The notes: a model not told the origin generated them from the sequence alone. Positions 37,549 to 50,291 are shown, counted from the first letter of the stretch. The stretch: DNA of 64,000 nt from Verrucomicrobiota bacterium (GCA_049513975.1 JBEKVM010000011.1:4637-68636), one strand, 5' to 3'. Numbers and translations are program-made.

Positions 37549-38112
37549 ATGCGCGCCGAAAAGCAATGCATCAGCAGCGAATATGTCAAGCGTCTGAACG
37601 CCTCGCCTTTTTTTATCGTGGTGGATTACCGCGGCCTGAAAGTCGGGCCGATCACCGAATTGCGCAAGCGCCTGGGCAAGGCGGGGGCGGAAATGCATGT
37701 GGTGAAAAACTCCCTGTTCCGTCTGGCCGTCAAGGAAGCCGGGGTGGTGGATTTGGGGACGACCCTGGCCGGGCAACTGGCGGTGGTGACCGGACCCAAG
37801 GATATTTCGTCCGCGGCCAAGGTGGTGAAGACCTTCGGGGCGGAATTCGACAAACCGAAAATCAAGTTTGGCTATTTGAAGAACCAGCGCCTGGAAACGG
37901 CGGAGATTTTGGTCCTGGCTGATTTGCCCTCGCTGGAAATAATGCGGGGCAGGGTGCTTGGGGTTCTGTCAGGCCCGGCCACCAAACTGGCGGTCCTGCT
38001 CAACACACCCGGCACGCAGTTGGCGCGGGTCTTGAAAGGCCGGCAGGAGAAGCAGGAGAAGCAGGAGAAACCGGAAAAAGCGGAGAAAGCGGGGACGCCG
38101 GTGGCGGCTTGA
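37549..38112 (+). CDS. rplJ: 50S ribosomal protein L10 (QEK-repeat tail)
   Basis: Operon order; ..FFIVVDYRGLKVGPITELRKRL.. Confidence 0.9.
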   Translation: MRAEKQCISSEYVKRLNASPFFIVVDYRGLKVGPITELRKRLGKAGAEMHVVKNSLFRLAVKEAGVVDLGTTLAGQLAVVTGPKDISSAAKVVKTFGAEFDKPKIKFGYLKNQRLETAEILVLADLPSLEIMRGRVLGVLSGPATKLAVLLNTPGTQLARVLKGRQEKQEKQEKPEKAEKAGTPVAA

Positions 38113-38283
38113 TCGGAGCCGATCGCCCGGATCAGACGCAGCGCACAAATTGAACAATTTCGTTTCCGCCGCAGAAGCTGGAAACGGAGCAACAACAATA
38201 ACAAAGTAAATCGTCGGTCCGGCCTGCCGGCCGGCAGAATCCATCCGCGGCTGCGGATGACGACGAGACTGAAAGGCAAAGTT

Positions 38284-38667
38284 ATGGCAGATATTGCAAA
38301 AATGGTGGAAGAACTCAGCACCTGGTCGGTGATGGACATCGCCAACCTGGTCAAAGAACTTGAAACAAAATGGGGCGTGACCGCCGCCGCCCCCGTGGCC
38401 GCCGCCGCCGCCGCGCCCAGCGGAGCCGCCGCCCCGGTCGTGGAAGCCAAGACCATGTTCGACGTGATCCTGGTTTCGGTGCCGGCGGACAAAAAGATTG
38501 CGGCCATCAAAGCGGTGCGGGAAGTCAAGGCGGGCCTGGGACTGGCCGATGCCAAGGCCCTGGTGGAAGGAGCGCCCAAGGCGGTGCTGGAAGGAGCCAA
38601 CAAGGCGGATTCCGACGCAGCCAAGAAGAAGCTGGAGGAAGCCGGAGCCAAAGTGGAAGTCAAGTAA
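38284..38667 (+). CDS. rplL: 50S ribosomal protein L7/L12
   Basis: [32 protein letters not shown]... and ..EAGAKVEVK. Trimmed to the ATG at 38284. Confidence 0.95.
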   Translation: MADIAKMVEELSTWSVMDIANLVKELETKWGVTAAAPVAAAAAAPSGAAAPVVEAKTMFDVILVSVPADKKIAAIKAVREVKAGLGLADAKALVEGAPKAVLEGANKADSDAAKKKLEEAGAKVEVK

Positions 38668-38874
38668 AGGCAAACCCGGACTGTTCCGGGGCGGCGGGGG
38701 CAGGCCCGCGCCCCGGTTGGAAAACAGCCAACCGCGAGATTGCTATCAGAAGATTTGCCATTGTCATAGCAGCAGTGAAACGGCTGCGCCTTCCGGGTTG
38801 CCGGGAGGCGGCCGCTTCGTCGTTTCGTTTAAACCAGGAGCTGGCCAGAGCCAGCCGTTGACCAGAGGTTGAAA

Positions 38875-41800
38875 ATGCCATCACGATTAACAGAACGCGT
38901 CCATTTTGGAAAGATCAAGGAGGTCATAGCCCCGCCGAATTTGATCGAGTTGCAGACCAATTCCTACCGGGAATTTCTCCAGAGTGAGGCTCCGCCCTCC
39001 AAGCGCAAAAACGTGGGATTGCAGGCGGTTTTCACCGAGGTTTTTCCCATCGAGAGTTACGATGGCAAATGCGTGCTGGATTTTCAGAGCTACGAAATAG
39101 GCGAGCCCAAGCACGACTGGCTGGAATGCCTGCGGGAGGGCATCACCTACGGGGCGCCGCTGCACGTCACCTTTTTGCTCAAAGAGGAAAAAGGGGCGAA
39201 AGAGGAAAAAGTGTTCATGGGCGAACTGCCTTTGATGACGCCCCAGGGGACCTTTGTCATCAATGGCGCCGAGCGCGTCATTGTCAGCCAGTTGCACCGG
39301 TCGCCCGGACTGGCCTTTGAAGCCAGCCAGCATCCCAACGGCAAGATCCTGCATTCCTTCCGCATCATCCCCGACCGCGGTTCCTGGTACGAGGCCCAAT
39401 TCGACACCAGCGACATGCTCTACGTTTATTTGGACCGGAAAAAGCGGCGGCGCAAATTCTTGACAACGACGTTCTTCCGGGCGCTGGGCTACGGGACGGA
39501 CGCGGACATTCTCAAGCTGTTTTATGAAATCGAAGAATTGAGCGTGAAGGAGGCGGAAAAACTGGAGGACATCCAGAACAAGGTGCTGGTGGAAGACGCG
39601 GAGGACAAGGACAAGGGGATGGTGGTGGCGCGGGCCTTCGAGCCGCTGTCCAAGGCGGTGGTCAAGCAAATCGCCGAACTGGGCGTGAGCAAAATCCGGG
39701 TGGTGGACACCACGGTGGATGACGGCATCGTGATCAAATGCCTGAAGAAAGATCCGACCAAGAACGAAGAGGAAGCGCTCAAGGACATCTACCGGCGGCT
39801 GCGCCCCGGCGACCCGCCGACGGCGGCCAACGCGCGGGCCCTGATCAAGCGGCTGTTCTTCGACGCCAAACGCTATGATCTGGGCCGGGTGGGCCGTTAC
39901 AAGATCAACCAGAAGCTGGGGATCAAGGGGGGGGACTCGCGCATCCTGACCAAGGAAGACCTGGTGGCGGCGACCAAGTATTTGTTGCGGCTGAAAAAGG
40001 GGGAAGGGTCGCTGGACGACATAGATCACTTGGGAAGCCGGCGCATTCGCACGGTGGGGGAATTGCTGGCCAACCAGTGCCGGGTGGGCCTGGCCCGCAC
40101 GGAGCGGCTGGTCAAGGAGCGGATGACCTTGTTTGATCAAAGCCTGGAGAGCATGTCGCCGCAGAAGTTAATCAATCCCAAGGCGCTCTCGGCTGTGATC
40201 CGGGATTTCTTCGGTCGCAGCCAGCTTTCGCAGTTCATGGACCAGATCAATCCGTTGGCGGAATTGACGCACAAACGCCGCCTCTCGGCCCTGGGGCCGG
40301 GTGGATTGTCGCGGGACCGCGCCGGGTTCGAGGTGCGGGACGTGCATCCCTCGCATTACGGACGCATTTGTCCGGTGGAAACGCCGGAAGGGCCGAACAT
40401 TGGATTGATCGCCTCGCTGGCCACCTTCGCCCAGGTCAATGATTTTGGCTTTTTGGAAACGCCCTACCGGCGCGTGGAAAAAGGGCGGGTGACCAATCAC
40501 CTGGATTATTTGACGGCGGACCGGGAGGAGACCTTCATCGTGGCGCAGGCCAATGCGCCCATTGACGAGAAGGGGAATTTCCTGGGCGAACGGGTCACCT
40601 GCCGGAGCAAAAGCGACTTCATAGACGTGGAGCCGATTCGGGTGGATTACATGGACGTTTCGCCCAAGCAACTGGTCTCGGTGGCGGCGAGCTTGATTCC
40701 GTTTCTGGAACACGACGACGCCAACCGGGCCTTGATGGGGTCGAACATGCAGCGCCAGGCGGTGCCGCTGCTCATCACGGAAGCGCCCTATGTGGCCACC
40801 GGGCTGGAAGAGCGGGTGGCGCGCGACTCGCGGGCCGTGCTGGTGGCGGAGGACGGGGGCAAAGTGGTGTCGGTCACCGGCAACCTGGTGGTGGTGACGG
40901 CGGACGGCAAAATGCCGGACAGCAAGAAGAAGCTGCGGCACGATCCGGCCAACGGCATCTGGGCCTATCCCATCCGCAAATTCATGCGTTCCAATGCCGC
41001 GACCTGCATCAACCAGAAAATACTGGTGGCCAAGGGGGACACGATCAAGAAGGGGCAGGTCATTGCGGACGGACCTTGCACCCAGGGCGGGGAGCTGGCG
41101 CTGGGACGCAATGTCCTGTGCGCGTTCATGCCGTGGAACGGCTACAACTTCGAGGACGCCATCCTCATCAGCGAGCGCATCGTCAAGGACGACGTGTTCA
41201 CCTCCATTCACATTGATGAATTTGAAGTGGGGGCGCGCGACACCAAGCTCGGCCCGGAGGAAATCACGCGGGACATTCCGAACCTGGGGGATGAAGCGTT
41301 GAAAAACCTGGGACCCGACGGGGTGATCCGCATCGGGGCGGAAGTCAAACCGGGGGACATCCTGGTGGGCAAAATCACGCCCAAGAGCGAGACGGAACTG
41401 GCGCCCGAAGAGCGGCTGCTGCGGGCCATCTTTGGTGAAAAAGCGGCCGACGTGAAGGACACTTCGTTGAAAGTTCCATCGGGAACTTACGGCATCGTCA
41501 TGGATGTGAAAGTCTCCTCCAAGAAGGAGCGGGAGGTGGAAGCCAAGGCGGTGCCGGAAACCAAGCGCCACTCCAAGGAAGTGCAGGACGACCACCGGGT
41601 CAAGACGGACGAGTTGCGGGAACAATTGACGGAGGCGCTGAGCAACATCCTGCTGGGCGAAAAAATCCCGCTGGACGTGGTCAATTCCGAGACGGGGGAA
41701 ATCATCATTCCGGCCAACCGCAAAATCACCAAGACCCTGCTGCGCAAGCTGGCGCTGGTCTATGATCGCATCGAGATAGATCCCTCGCCCATCCGCAACA

Positions 41801-42693
41801 AAATCAACGAGATCATAGGAAGTTTCAAGAAGAAGTTCGACGATCTGCAAATGCAGCACGACGAGGAACTGGAACGGACCGAAGCGGGGGAAGAGGTGGA
41901 CAGCGGGGTGATCAAATCGGTCAAAGTCTATGTCGCCTCCAAGCGCAAATTGTCGGTCGGCGACAAAATGGCCGGTCGCCACGGCAACAAGGGAGTGGTG
42001 GCCAAAATCGTGCCGGAGGAAGACATGCCCTTCCTGCCGGATGGCACCCCGATGGACATCGTGCTCAACCCGCTGGGGGTGCCCTCGCGCATGAACGTGG
42101 GCCAGGTGTTGGAAACCCACCTGGGCTGGGCCGCCCGGTTCCTCGGACTCAAATTTGCCACGCCCGTCTTCGACGGCATCAAGGAAAAGGACATTCGCGG
42201 CTATCTCAAGGAGGCCAAGCTGCCTGAGCACGGCAAAACCCTGCTGGTGGACGGGCGGACGGGGGAGGTTTTTGACCAGGAAATTGTGGTGGGTTACATC
42301 TACATGATGAAACTGGGCCATTTGGTGGCGGACAAGATCCATGCCCGCGCGGTCGGCCCCTACTCCCTGGTCACGCAGCAGCCGTTGGGGGGCAAGGCCC
42401 AATACGGCGGGCAGCGCTTCGGGGAAATGGAGGTGTGGGCCATGGAAGCCTACGGCGCCGCCTACAGCTTGCAGGAATTGTTGACGGTCAAGTCGGACGA
42501 CGTGCAGGGCCGCACGCGCATCTATGAGAGCATTGTCAAAGGGGACAACTGCCTGGAAGCGGGCGTGCCCGAATCCTTCAACGTGCTGGTCAAGGAAATG
42601 CAGTCCCTGGCCATGGACGTGAAGGTGGGCTATTCCAACCCGGTGGAACAAGCGGCGGCGGCGCAAGCGCAGACGCTGAGCAGCCTGAAGTAA
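38875..42693 (+). CDS. rpoB: DNA-directed RNA polymerase subunit beta
   Basis: 1272 aa counted from the ATG at 38875 (the track begins at TTG 38869); ..[14 protein letters not shown].. Confidence 0.97.
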   Translation: MPSRLTERVHFGKIKEVIAPPNLIELQTNSYREFLQSEAPPSKRKNVGLQAVFTEVFPIESYDGKCVLDFQSYEIGEPKHDWLECLREGITYGAPLHVTFLLKEEKGAKEEKVFMGELPLMTPQGTFVINGAERVIVSQLHRSPGLAFEASQHPNGKILHSFRIIPDRGSWYEAQFDTSDMLYVYLDRKKRRRKFLTTTFFRALGYGTDADILKLFYEIEELSVKEAEKLEDIQNKVLVEDAEDKDKGMVVARAFEPLSKAVVKQIAELGVSKIRVVDTTVDDGIVIKCLKKDPTKNEEEALKDIYRRLRPGDPPTAANARALIKRLFFDAKRYDLGRVGRYKINQKLGIKGGDSRILTKEDLVAATKYLLRLKKGEGSLDDIDHLGSRRIRTVGELLANQCRVGLARTERLVKERMTLFDQSLESMSPQKLINPKALSAVIRDFFGRSQLSQFMDQINPLAELTHKRRLSALGPGGLSRDRAGFEVRDVHPSHYGRICPVETPEGPNIGLIASLATFAQVNDFGFLETPYRRVEKGRVTNHLDYLTADREETFIVAQANAPIDEKGNFLGERVTCRSKSDFIDVEPIRVDYMDVSPKQLVSVAASLIPFLEHDDANRALMGSNMQRQAVPLLITEAPYVATGLEERVARDSRAVLVAEDGGKVVSVTGNLVVVTADGKMPDSKKKLRHDPANGIWAYPIRKFMRSNAATCINQKILVAKGDTIKKGQVIADGPCTQGGELALGRNVLCAFMPWNGYNFEDAILISERIVKDDVFTSIHIDEFEVGARDTKLGPEEITRDIPNLGDEALKNLGPDGVIRIGAEVKPGDILVGKITPKSETELAPEERLLRAIFGEKAADVKDTSLKVPSGTYGIVMDVKVSSKKEREVEAKAVPETKRHSKEVQDDHRVKTDELREQLTEALSNILLGEKIPLDVVNSETGEIIIPANRKITKTLLRKLALVYDRIEIDPSPIRNKINEIIGSFKKKFDDLQMQHDEELERTEAGEEVDSGVIKSVKVYVASKRKLSVGDKMAGRHGNKGVVAKIVPEEDMPFLPDGTPMDIVLNPLGVPSRMNVGQVLETHLGWAARFLGLKFATPVFDGIKEKDIRGYLKEAKLPEHGKTLLVDGRTGEVFDQEIVVGYIYMMKLGHLVADKIHARAVGPYSLVTQQPLGGKAQYGGQRFGEMEVWAMEAYGAAYSLQELLTVKSDDVQGRTRIYESIVKGDNCLEAGVPESFNVLVKEMQSLAMDVKVGYSNPVEQAAAAQAQTLSSLK

Positions 42694-42709
42694 CCTGTTA
42701 ATTCTTATT

Positions 42710-45700
42710 ATGAACACCAAAGAAACAGCGCGCGAGTTGCTCGGCCTGGATAAAGTCAACCAGGTGGAGTACGTGGCCATTTCGGTGGCCTCCCCCGAAG
42801 CCATTCGGGCCTGGTCCAAGGGCGAGGTGAAAAACCCGGAGACGATCAATTACCGCACCTTCAAGCCGGAAAAAGGCGGCCTCTTTTGCGAGCGCATTTT
42901 CGGCCCGGTCAAGGACTGGGAATGTTCCTGCGGGAAATACAAGCGCATCAAGCACCGGGGAGTGGTCTGCGACCGGTGCGGGGTGGAAGTGACCCTGGCC
43001 AGGGTGCGGCGGGAGCGGATGGGCCACATTGAGCTGGCGGTGCCCGTTTCCCACATCTGGTTCTTCAAGTGCATGCCCTCGCGGCTGGGACTGGTCCTGG
43101 ACATGACGGCGCGGAACCTGGAGCGGGTGATCTATTACGAGGATTACATGGTGATCAATCCCGGCTCGACCCCGCTGAAATTGCACCAGTTGTTGAGCGA
43201 GCATGAATACCGGGAAGCGCGCGAGACTTACGGCCCGGATGGGTTCGTGGCCAAGATGGGCGCGGAAGCGGTGCGGGAAGCGCTGGCCAATGTGGATTTG
43301 CAGAAGCAGGTGGATCATCTCTCGGTGGCCATGACGGAAACCAAGAGCAAACAAATCCGCAAAAAGGTGGCCAAGCGCATCAAATTGCTCTCGGCCTTCC
43401 ACTCCTCCAAGGCGCGGCCCGAATGGATGGTCCTGACCGTGCTGCCGGTCATCCCGCCGGATTTGCGCCCGCTGGTGCCGCTGGAAGGGGGCCGCTTTGC
43501 CACCTCCGACCTCAACGACCTCTACCGGCGCGTCATCAACCGGAACAACCGTCTGAAGAACCTGCTGCAACTCAAGACGCCGGAGGTCATCATCCGCAAC
43601 GAAAAGCGGATGTTGCAGGAAGCGGTGGACGCCCTCTTTGACAACGGCCGGCATGGGCGGGCCGTGACCGGGGCGGGCAACCGCGCCTTGAAATCGTTGA
43701 GCGACATGCTCAAGGGCAAGAGCGGACGGTTCCGGCAAAATCTGCTGGGCAAACGGGTGGATTACTCGGGGCGCTCGGTCATTGTCATCGGGCCGGAACT
43801 CAAATTGCACCAGTGCGGCCTGCCCAAGAAAATGGCGCTGGTGCTCTTCGAGCCGTTCATTATCCGGCGCTTGAAGGAGCTGGGTTACGTCCATACGGTT
43901 CGTTCGGCCAAGAAGATGATTGAACGGCAGTCGCCGGAAGTGTGGGACATCCTGGAAGAGGTGACCAAGGGCCACCCCGTCCTGCTCAACCGCGCGCCCA
44001 CCCTCCACCGGCTCTCCATCCAGGCCTTCGAGCCGATCCTGATCGAAGGGGAAGCCATCCGCATTCATCCGCTGGTCTGCACCGCCTACAACGCGGATTT
44101 CGACGGCGACCAGATGGCGGTGCATGTGCCGCTGTCGGTGGAGGCGCAGTTGGAGGCGCGTCTGCTCATGATGGCGCCCAACAACATCTTCAGCCCCTCG
44201 AGCGGGCGGCCCATCATGACGCCCACGCAGGACATCACCCTGGGTTGTTTCTATTTGACTGCGGAGCCGCGCGCCAAAAAGGAGGAGGCCGCCCCCATGC
44301 TCTTCGGCTCCAAGTCGGAAGTCGTCTTCGCCTACAGCGACGGCGGGGTGAAGCTGCACACCCGCATCCGCCTGGCCAACCCGGACCGGGGGCGCAAGAC
44401 GCAGTACGGGGAGGCGGAAAAGAACGTGATCGAAACCACGGTGGGCCGGGTGATTTTCAGCGAAATCTGGCCGGAGGAATTGGGCTTCCTCAACCGGGTG
44501 GCGGGCAAATCCATGCTGGGGGAGCTGATCTGGACCTGCTACAAAATTTGCGGGCACGAGAAGACGGTGGTGATGCTGGACAAGTTGAAGGAGCTGGGCT
44601 TCCGTTCCGCCACCCGCTCCGGCTGCTCCATCGGGATTGACGACATGATCATCCCCGAGGAGAAGGACCAGGAAATCCACACCGCGCAGAAGCAGATTTC
44701 CGACGTGGAGAAGCAATATCGCAAAGGCGTCATCACCCCGGGCGAGCGCTACAACAAGGTGATTGATATTTGGACCCATTGCACCGACAAGATTGCCAAC
44801 GTCATGCTGGACACGCTGAAGAAAAACCACGGCAAGCTGGAATACAACCCGGTCTCGCTCATGGTGGACTCCGGGGCGCGCGGCAACCGCCAGCAGGTCC
44901 GCCAACTGGCCGGGGTGCGCGGGCTGATGGCCAAGCCCAGCGGCGACATCATCGAGAAACCGATTCTGTCCAACTTCCGCGAAGGCTTGACCGTGCTGGA
45001 GTATTTCATCTCCACCCACGGGGCGCGCAAGGGCCTGGCGGACACCGCCCTGAAAACGGCCGACTCCGGCTACATGACGCGCAAACTGGTGGACGTGGCG
45101 CAGGACGTGATCATCCGCATGGAGGATTGCGGGACGAACAACGGCATCTGGGTGCAGGCCATTTATGAGGGGGAGGACGAAGTGGTCAAGTTGAGCGAAC
45201 GGGTCATCGGACGCATGGCCTGCGATGACGTGATGGATCCGGCCAATTTGAAGAAAGTGCTGGTTCACGCCAACGAGTTGATTGACGAGGCCAAAGGGCG
45301 GCAGATCGAAGCCAGCGGGGTGGAAAAGCTGCGCATCCGCTCGGTGCTGACCTGCGAAAGCAAATACGGCATCTGCGCCAACTGTTACGGGCGCAATCTG
45401 GCCACCGGCGGCATGATCAAACGGGGCGAGGCGGTCGGCATCATCGCCGCCCAATCCATCGGCGAGCCGGGCACGCAGTTGACCATGCGCACCTTCCACA
45501 TCGGCGGCACCGCCTCCCAGGTTTTCAAGCAGCCCCAAATCAAGTCCAAGAGCGACGGCATTGTCAAATATAACGATCTGCGCCTGGTCGAGCTGGAGGA
45601 CGGCAACAACATCGTCCTCAACAAAAACGGCTCCATCGCCATCATGGCCGAGGACGGCCGCGAACTGGAGCAGCACACCCTGGTGGTCGGCTCGGTCATT

Positions 45701-46837
45701 TCGGTGCGCAACGGCGAGCGCGTGAAAAAAGGGGCGCCCTTCGTGCAGTGGGACCCCTACAATGTCCCCATCCTTTCGGAAAAGGCCGGGAAGGTGAAGT
45801 TTGTGGACATCATCGAGGGGGTGACCATGAAGCAGGAAGTGGACGAAACCACCGCGCAGGAAGCGATGGTCATCATCGAACACAAGGAGGATTTGCACCC
45901 GCAAATTGTCATCTGCACCGACAAGGGCGAACCGCTGGCCAACTACCCCATTCCGGCCCACGCCCACATCGTGGTGGACGAGAACGACAAGATCGTGGCC
46001 GGCACCTTGATGGCCAAGACCCCGCGCAAATCTTCCAAGACCAAGGACATCACCGGCGGCCTGCCGCGGGTGGCGGAATTGTTCGAGGCGCGGCGTCCCA
46101 AGGACGCGTCGGAAATTTCCAAGATTGACGGGGTGGTGGATTTCGGCCCCAGCGTGCGCGGCAAGCGGACCATTCTCATTAAGGACCCGGCGACGGCGGT
46201 GGAAGAGGAGCACCTCATCCCCATCGGCCGGCATGTCATTGTCTTCAAGGGAGATTACGTCAAGAAAGGCCAGCAACTGACCGAAGGCCCGATGGATCCC
46301 CACGAAATTCTGGACATCTGCGGCCCGCAGGAATTGCAGGAACATCTGGTCAACGAAGTGCAGGAGGTTTACCGCCTGCAAGGCGTGACCATCAACGACA
46401 AGCACATCGAGATCATCGTCCGGCAAATGCTGCGCAAAGTGCGCGTGACCGAACCGGGCGACAGCCAGTTTCTCTGGGGCGAACAGATTGACAAAATCGA
46501 GTTTGAAAAGGAAAACGCGCGGGTGGAAAAAATGGGCGGCAAGCCGGCCGAGGCCCAGCCCGTTTTGCTCGGCATCACCAAGGCCTCCCTGGAGACGGAG
46601 AGCTTTCTCAGCGCCGCTTCCTTCCAGGACACCACCCGGGTCCTGACCGAGGCGGCGACCATGGGCAAAGTGGATTACCTGCGCGGCTTCAAGGAAAACG
46701 TCATCATGGGCCACATCATTCCGGCGGGGACCGGCTACACCCTGCACCGCCGGGTGGATTTGAAGCCGCTGGTCGAACCGATTCCCGTGGAAGAACCCAC
46801 GGAAATCCTCTCCCTGACCGAACCTCTGGCCGGATAG
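42710..46837 (+). CDS. rpoC: DNA-directed RNA polymerase subunit beta'
   Basis: 1375 aa with ..[14 protein letters not shown].. and the zinc motif [20 protein letters not shown]. Confidence 0.97.
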   Translation: MNTKETARELLGLDKVNQVEYVAISVASPEAIRAWSKGEVKNPETINYRTFKPEKGGLFCERIFGPVKDWECSCGKYKRIKHRGVVCDRCGVEVTLARVRRERMGHIELAVPVSHIWFFKCMPSRLGLVLDMTARNLERVIYYEDYMVINPGSTPLKLHQLLSEHEYREARETYGPDGFVAKMGAEAVREALANVDLQKQVDHLSVAMTETKSKQIRKKVAKRIKLLSAFHSSKARPEWMVLTVLPVIPPDLRPLVPLEGGRFATSDLNDLYRRVINRNNRLKNLLQLKTPEVIIRNEKRMLQEAVDALFDNGRHGRAVTGAGNRALKSLSDMLKGKSGRFRQNLLGKRVDYSGRSVIVIGPELKLHQCGLPKKMALVLFEPFIIRRLKELGYVHTVRSAKKMIERQSPEVWDILEEVTKGHPVLLNRAPTLHRLSIQAFEPILIEGEAIRIHPLVCTAYNADFDGDQMAVHVPLSVEAQLEARLLMMAPNNIFSPSSGRPIMTPTQDITLGCFYLTAEPRAKKEEAAPMLFGSKSEVVFAYSDGGVKLHTRIRLANPDRGRKTQYGEAEKNVIETTVGRVIFSEIWPEELGFLNRVAGKSMLGELIWTCYKICGHEKTVVMLDKLKELGFRSATRSGCSIGIDDMIIPEEKDQEIHTAQKQISDVEKQYRKGVITPGERYNKVIDIWTHCTDKIANVMLDTLKKNHGKLEYNPVSLMVDSGARGNRQQVRQLAGVRGLMAKPSGDIIEKPILSNFREGLTVLEYFISTHGARKGLADTALKTADSGYMTRKLVDVAQDVIIRMEDCGTNNGIWVQAIYEGEDEVVKLSERVIGRMACDDVMDPANLKKVLVHANELIDEAKGRQIEASGVEKLRIRSVLTCESKYGICANCYGRNLATGGMIKRGEAVGIIAAQSIGEPGTQLTMRTFHIGGTASQVFKQPQIKSKSDGIVKYNDLRLVELEDGNNIVLNKNGSIAIMAEDGRELEQHTLVVGSVISVRNGERVKKGAPFVQWDPYNVPILSEKAGKVKFVDIIEGVTMKQEVDETTAQEAMVIIEHKEDLHPQIVICTDKGEPLANYPIPAHAHIVVDENDKIVAGTLMAKTPRKSSKTKDITGGLPRVAELFEARRPKDASEISKIDGVVDFGPSVRGKRTILIKDPATAVEEEHLIPIGRHVIVFKGDYVKKGQQLTEGPMDPHEILDICGPQELQEHLVNEVQEVYRLQGVTINDKHIEIIVRQMLRKVRVTEPGDSQFLWGEQIDKIEFEKENARVEKMGGKPAEAQPVLLGITKASLETESFLSAASFQDTTRVLTEAATMGKVDYLRGFKENVIMGHIIPAGTGYTLHRRVDLKPLVEPIPVEEPTEILSLTEPLAG

Positions 46838-46857
46838 CAAATCATCCAGCCGACTGG

Positions 46858-46886
46858 AGCGGCGCTCAATGAGCGCCGCTTTTTTG
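46858..46886 (+). terminator. Rho-independent terminator after rpoC
   Basis: AGCGGCGCT-caatg-AGCGCCGCT (9 bp perfect stem) followed by TTTTTT. Confidence 0.8.
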
Positions 46887-46940
46887 CGGGCAGCAACCCA
46901 CTGCGCAACGCCGGAAGAAAAAACAGGCGGAGACCCCGTT

Positions 46941-48593
46941 ATGAAAACCCTCATCCCAGTTGCGTTGGTGCTTCTCTTGCGGTGGTCCCTGTTTGCGCAA
47001 GCCACGAAGGCCGCTGCCGCAGCAGACCCCGCCCCGCAACTGGTCGTGGGCATTGTGGTGGATCAGATGCGCTACGATTTTATTTACCGATTCTGGCAGA
47101 GATATGGCGACGGCGGCTTTAAAAGGCTGGTCCATCAGGGAGCCTTCTATCGGAATGCCGGGTATAATCATGTGCCCACCTTCACCGGGCCGGGACACGC
47201 CGGTATTTTCACCGGCGCCAACCCGGCCAGCCACGGGATCGTCGCCAACAACTGGTATGATCGCGCGCTGGGAAAAACCGTCTATTGTGTTGAGGACGCC
47301 GACTGCGCCCCGGTGGGCTGCGACAACGCGAAAGACGGCAGGATGTCGCCCAGGAAATTATTGGTGACCACGATAACGGATGAGTTGAAATTGGCCGGCA
47401 ATTTGCGTTCGAGGGTCATTGGGGTTTCCTTGAAAGACCGCGCCGCCATCCTGCCCGCCGGACACCTGGCCGACGGCGCCTACTGGTTTGATGACGGGTC
47501 CGGCCGCTGGATTAGCAGCACCTACTACATGACCCAATTGCCGGGATGGGTGACGCATTTCAACGGCTCCAACCGGGCGGAGGTTTATTTGCAGCAGACC
47601 TGGACAAACCTGGCCGACTACACCGAAGGTTTGCCCAATGGCAATGAGTACGAGAAAAGGTTGACGACCAATGAGACCCATCTTGGGTTTCCACACGACC
47701 TTCACCGCCTCTTTGCGACCGAGAAGACAAACCAATACGGCATCATCCGCTATACGCCTTTCGGCAATTGCCTGACGGAGGAATTTGCCGAGGAGGCGGT
47801 CCGGCGCGAGCAACTGGGCCAGCATGACGCCATTGACTTTCTCACCATCAATTTTGCCTCCACCGACTACGTGGGGCATAGATTTGGGCCGCGCTCGATG
47901 GAAGTGGAAGACACCTATGTCCGATTGGATCAGACCTTGGAGCGGTTTCTCCATTTTTTGGACGGTGGGATTGGGCAGACCAACGTGCTCGTCTTTCTCA
48001 CGGCCGATCACGGGGTGGCCGATGTGCCGGCATACAACCAGGCCAGGCATTTGCCGGGCGATATCTTCCATTGGGATCGGGTGGGGGCGAATCTGACCAA
48101 TCGTTTGCAAAACAAATACGGCCATTCCTTGATCCTTAACTATATCAATCAACAAATCTATTTGGACGCTAAATCCATCGAATTACAGAAACTCGACAAG
48201 AGCCGGGTGGAAGAGGACATCCGTGACTGGCTTATTACGGAGGAAGGCGTGGCCGATGTTATCTCCAGCCGCGATCTGAAGAAGGAAGCGGGATCGAGCG
48301 CGATCTACGGGGATCTGGCCAACGGAGTATATCCGTCCCGGTCGGGAGATCTGACGATTCTGTTGCAATCGGGCTGGATGGAAGAGGAGGACAAGCTGAC
48401 TGCCACAACGCACGGCACGCCCTACCAATACGATACGCATGTTCCAATCTTGTTCTGGGGCTGGCGCATTCCACACTTGATTTGCGATGAACCGGTGACG
48501 GCCACCGAAATCACGCCCACGCTTTGCCAGTTGCTCAACATTCAGTTCCCGAGCGCGTCGGCAAACCAGATCCTGCCCGGCCTTTGCAAATAG
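46941..48593 (+). CDS. Alkaline phosphatase-superfamily enzyme (PafA-like / nucleotide pyrophosphatase family), secreted
   Basis: MKTLIPVALVLLL.. signal peptide, then VVGIVVDQMRYDFIYRFW...VPTFTGPGHAGIFTGANPASHGIVANNWYDR. Confidence 0.75.
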   Translation: MKTLIPVALVLLLRWSLFAQATKAAAAADPAPQLVVGIVVDQMRYDFIYRFWQRYGDGGFKRLVHQGAFYRNAGYNHVPTFTGPGHAGIFTGANPASHGIVANNWYDRALGKTVYCVEDADCAPVGCDNAKDGRMSPRKLLVTTITDELKLAGNLRSRVIGVSLKDRAAILPAGHLADGAYWFDDGSGRWISSTYYMTQLPGWVTHFNGSNRAEVYLQQTWTNLADYTEGLPNGNEYEKRLTTNETHLGFPHDLHRLFATEKTNQYGIIRYTPFGNCLTEEFAEEAVRREQLGQHDAIDFLTINFASTDYVGHRFGPRSMEVEDTYVRLDQTLERFLHFLDGGIGQTNVLVFLTADHGVADVPAYNQARHLPGDIFHWDRVGANLTNRLQNKYGHSLILNYINQQIYLDAKSIELQKLDKSRVEEDIRDWLITEEGVADVISSRDLKKEAGSSAIYGDLANGVYPSRSGDLTILLQSGWMEEEDKLTATTHGTPYQYDTHVPILFWGWRIPHLICDEPVTATEITPTLCQLLNIQFPSASANQILPGLCK

Positions 48594-48652
48594 ACCGAAA
48601 CACTCGCACCATTGACGCGGGCCGCCTTGCCGGCGCAACTTGGAGGAAAGCT

Positions 48653-49738
48653 ATGAAGGCCGACCATTTCAGCGGCTGGAAAATAACCGGTCAGTTTGCG
48701 GCGTTACACTGGAAATGGTTTGCGCTGATTCTCCCGCTGGCGCCAATGTTTCCCACGGCGGCGCGCGCCGGGTGGGTCTGGCAGGAGAGTCACGCGCCCC
48801 GAACCAGCTTCCGCGCGGTCCAGGCGGTCAACCGCAAAGTGGTTTGGGCGGGCGGCACGGGCGGGACCTGCCTCCGCACGGTGGACGGCGGCGACACCTG
48901 GGAGATCCTGGCGGTGCCCGGCGCGGACAAATTGGATTTTCGCGGACTGTTCGCGTTCGATGAGCGCACGGTCGTGCTGTTGAGCGCGGGCGAAGCGTCG
49001 GAGGGGTTGACCCGGATGTATCGCACAGCGGACTCGGGACGGACCTGGCAGACGGTGTTTCAGACGGAAGATAAGGGCGTGTTTCTGGACGGGGTGTCCT
49101 TTTGGGACCGGACCAACGGGATGGCGGTGGGTGACCAGATCGAGGGCAAATGGTATTTGCTGAGAACCAAAGACGGCGGGCAAAGCTGGGAACGGGTGCC
49201 TCCGGCGGCTTTGCCGGCGATGCTGCCCAACGAAGGAGCCTTTGCGGCGGGGAACACCTCGATGGCGATGGAAGCCTCCTCCAAAGTCTGGCTGGCTTCG
49301 GGAGCGGCGGAGCGGGCGCGCATTTTTATCTCGACCGACCGCGCCCAGACTTGGGAGGTGCGGGAAACGCCCATGCCCGGCGGAACGACCGCGGGGATTT
49401 ACGGCTTGCGCTTTTTGGACGCGCAACGCGGCGTGGCCGTGGGCGGCGATTACAAGCAGGACAAAACGCCGTCGGACAACGTGATCGTCACGACCGATGG
49501 CGGCCAGACCTGGCAGAAAGGCGGGCGCACCGATCCGCCGGGATTGAAGGAAACCGTGGTGGCGCTGCCGGGGAGTGTGCTGCTGGCGGTCGGCCCTTCG
49601 GGCACGAGCCTGAGCCGCGATTTTGGAACCACCTGGCAAAAAGTGGACGAGTTCTCGCTGCACGCCGCCTCGTGCGCGGACGGGGAATGCTGGGCGGTGG
49701 GAGGACGGGGAGCAATCGGGAAGTGGAAGGGGAATTGA
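48653..49738 (+). CDS. BNR/Asp-box beta-propeller protein (Ycf48-like)
   Basis: Six Asp-box motifs (DGGDTW, DSGRTW, DGGQSW, DRAQTW, DGGQTW, DFGTTW). ATG at 48653 is preceded by GGAGGAAAG. Confidence 0.75.
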   Translation: MKADHFSGWKITGQFAALHWKWFALILPLAPMFPTAARAGWVWQESHAPRTSFRAVQAVNRKVVWAGGTGGTCLRTVDGGDTWEILAVPGADKLDFRGLFAFDERTVVLLSAGEASEGLTRMYRTADSGRTWQTVFQTEDKGVFLDGVSFWDRTNGMAVGDQIEGKWYLLRTKDGGQSWERVPPAALPAMLPNEGAFAAGNTSMAMEASSKVWLASGAAERARIFISTDRAQTWEVRETPMPGGTTAGIYGLRFLDAQRGVAVGGDYKQDKTPSDNVIVTTDGGQTWQKGGRTDPPGLKETVVALPGSVLLAVGPSGTSLSRDFGTTWQKVDEFSLHAASCADGECWAVGGRGAIGKWKGN

Positions 49739-49862
49739 ATTTGGAAAAAACGCGCTCTTGAGATTACGATTAGCCTTCTTTCTCGTTAAAGCGTGCATCG
49801 GGACCAGGAATCTGCCGCTGCTCGACAGACCTCCGTGGAACAATTCGTGTCCGTCTCCTGTT

Positions 49863-49914
49863 CCCTCTCCGCTCCCATCCGATGGGAGGGGAGAGGGTCA
49901 GGGTGAGGTGAGGG
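49863..49914 (+). repeat. GGAGAGGG-hairpin element
   Basis: CCCTCTCCGCTCCC-ATCCGAT-GGGAGGGGAGAGGG (14 bp stem, 1 mismatch) followed by the tail TCAGGGTGAGGTGAGGG. Confidence 0.65.
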
Positions 49915-49949
49915 TTCATGGCAAGGATCGAGATTAAGAGTGAACGGCA

Positions 49950-50240
49950 TCAACTGACCGGCACCAGGGAAACGCGCTCGCCCTGGTCGTTGTGGCTGAT
50001 GCCCTGGGCTTGGGGATCCAGGGTGAGATGGCCGTCCACCAGAAAGGCATAGCGGTGGTGGCCGTGGCGCAACTCGACCTGCAGCAACCAGGCCCCGTCC
50101 GGCCGGTGGCTCATGGGATGGGCCTTCGGGTCCCAGTGGTTGAAGTCGCCGACCAGGCTGACGTGTTTGGCCTGGGGCGCGTTGCAGATGAAATTGACGG
50201 GCCGCAAGTTGCGATGGGCGCTGTAAACGTGGTAGTTCAT
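49950..50240 (-). CDS. CBM48 / glycoside hydrolase family 13 N-terminal-like carbohydrate-binding protein
   Basis: ..VNFICNAPQAKHVSLVGDFNHWDPKAHPMSHRPDGAWLLQVELRHGHHRYAFLVDG.. fits the isoamylase-N/AMPK-beta glycogen-binding fold. Confidence 0.7.
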   Translation of the reverse strand: MNYHVYSAHRNLRPVNFICNAPQAKHVSLVGDFNHWDPKAHPMSHRPDGAWLLQVELRHGHHRYAFLVDGHLTLDPQAQGISHNDQGERVSLVPVS

Positions 50241-50291
50241 GTCAAGAAGAAACGTGGGGCAAAAGGGCCGGGAGTTGGCGGACGGGCTGGC

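Noticed and set aside
42698-47053. 1451 aa minus-strand ORF, and likewise 40168-42849 and 38887-40140
   Set aside because: These lie antisense to rpoC and rpoB. Long stop-free antisense frames are expected from GC-rich codon usage, and the translations are low-complexity with no recognisable domains.
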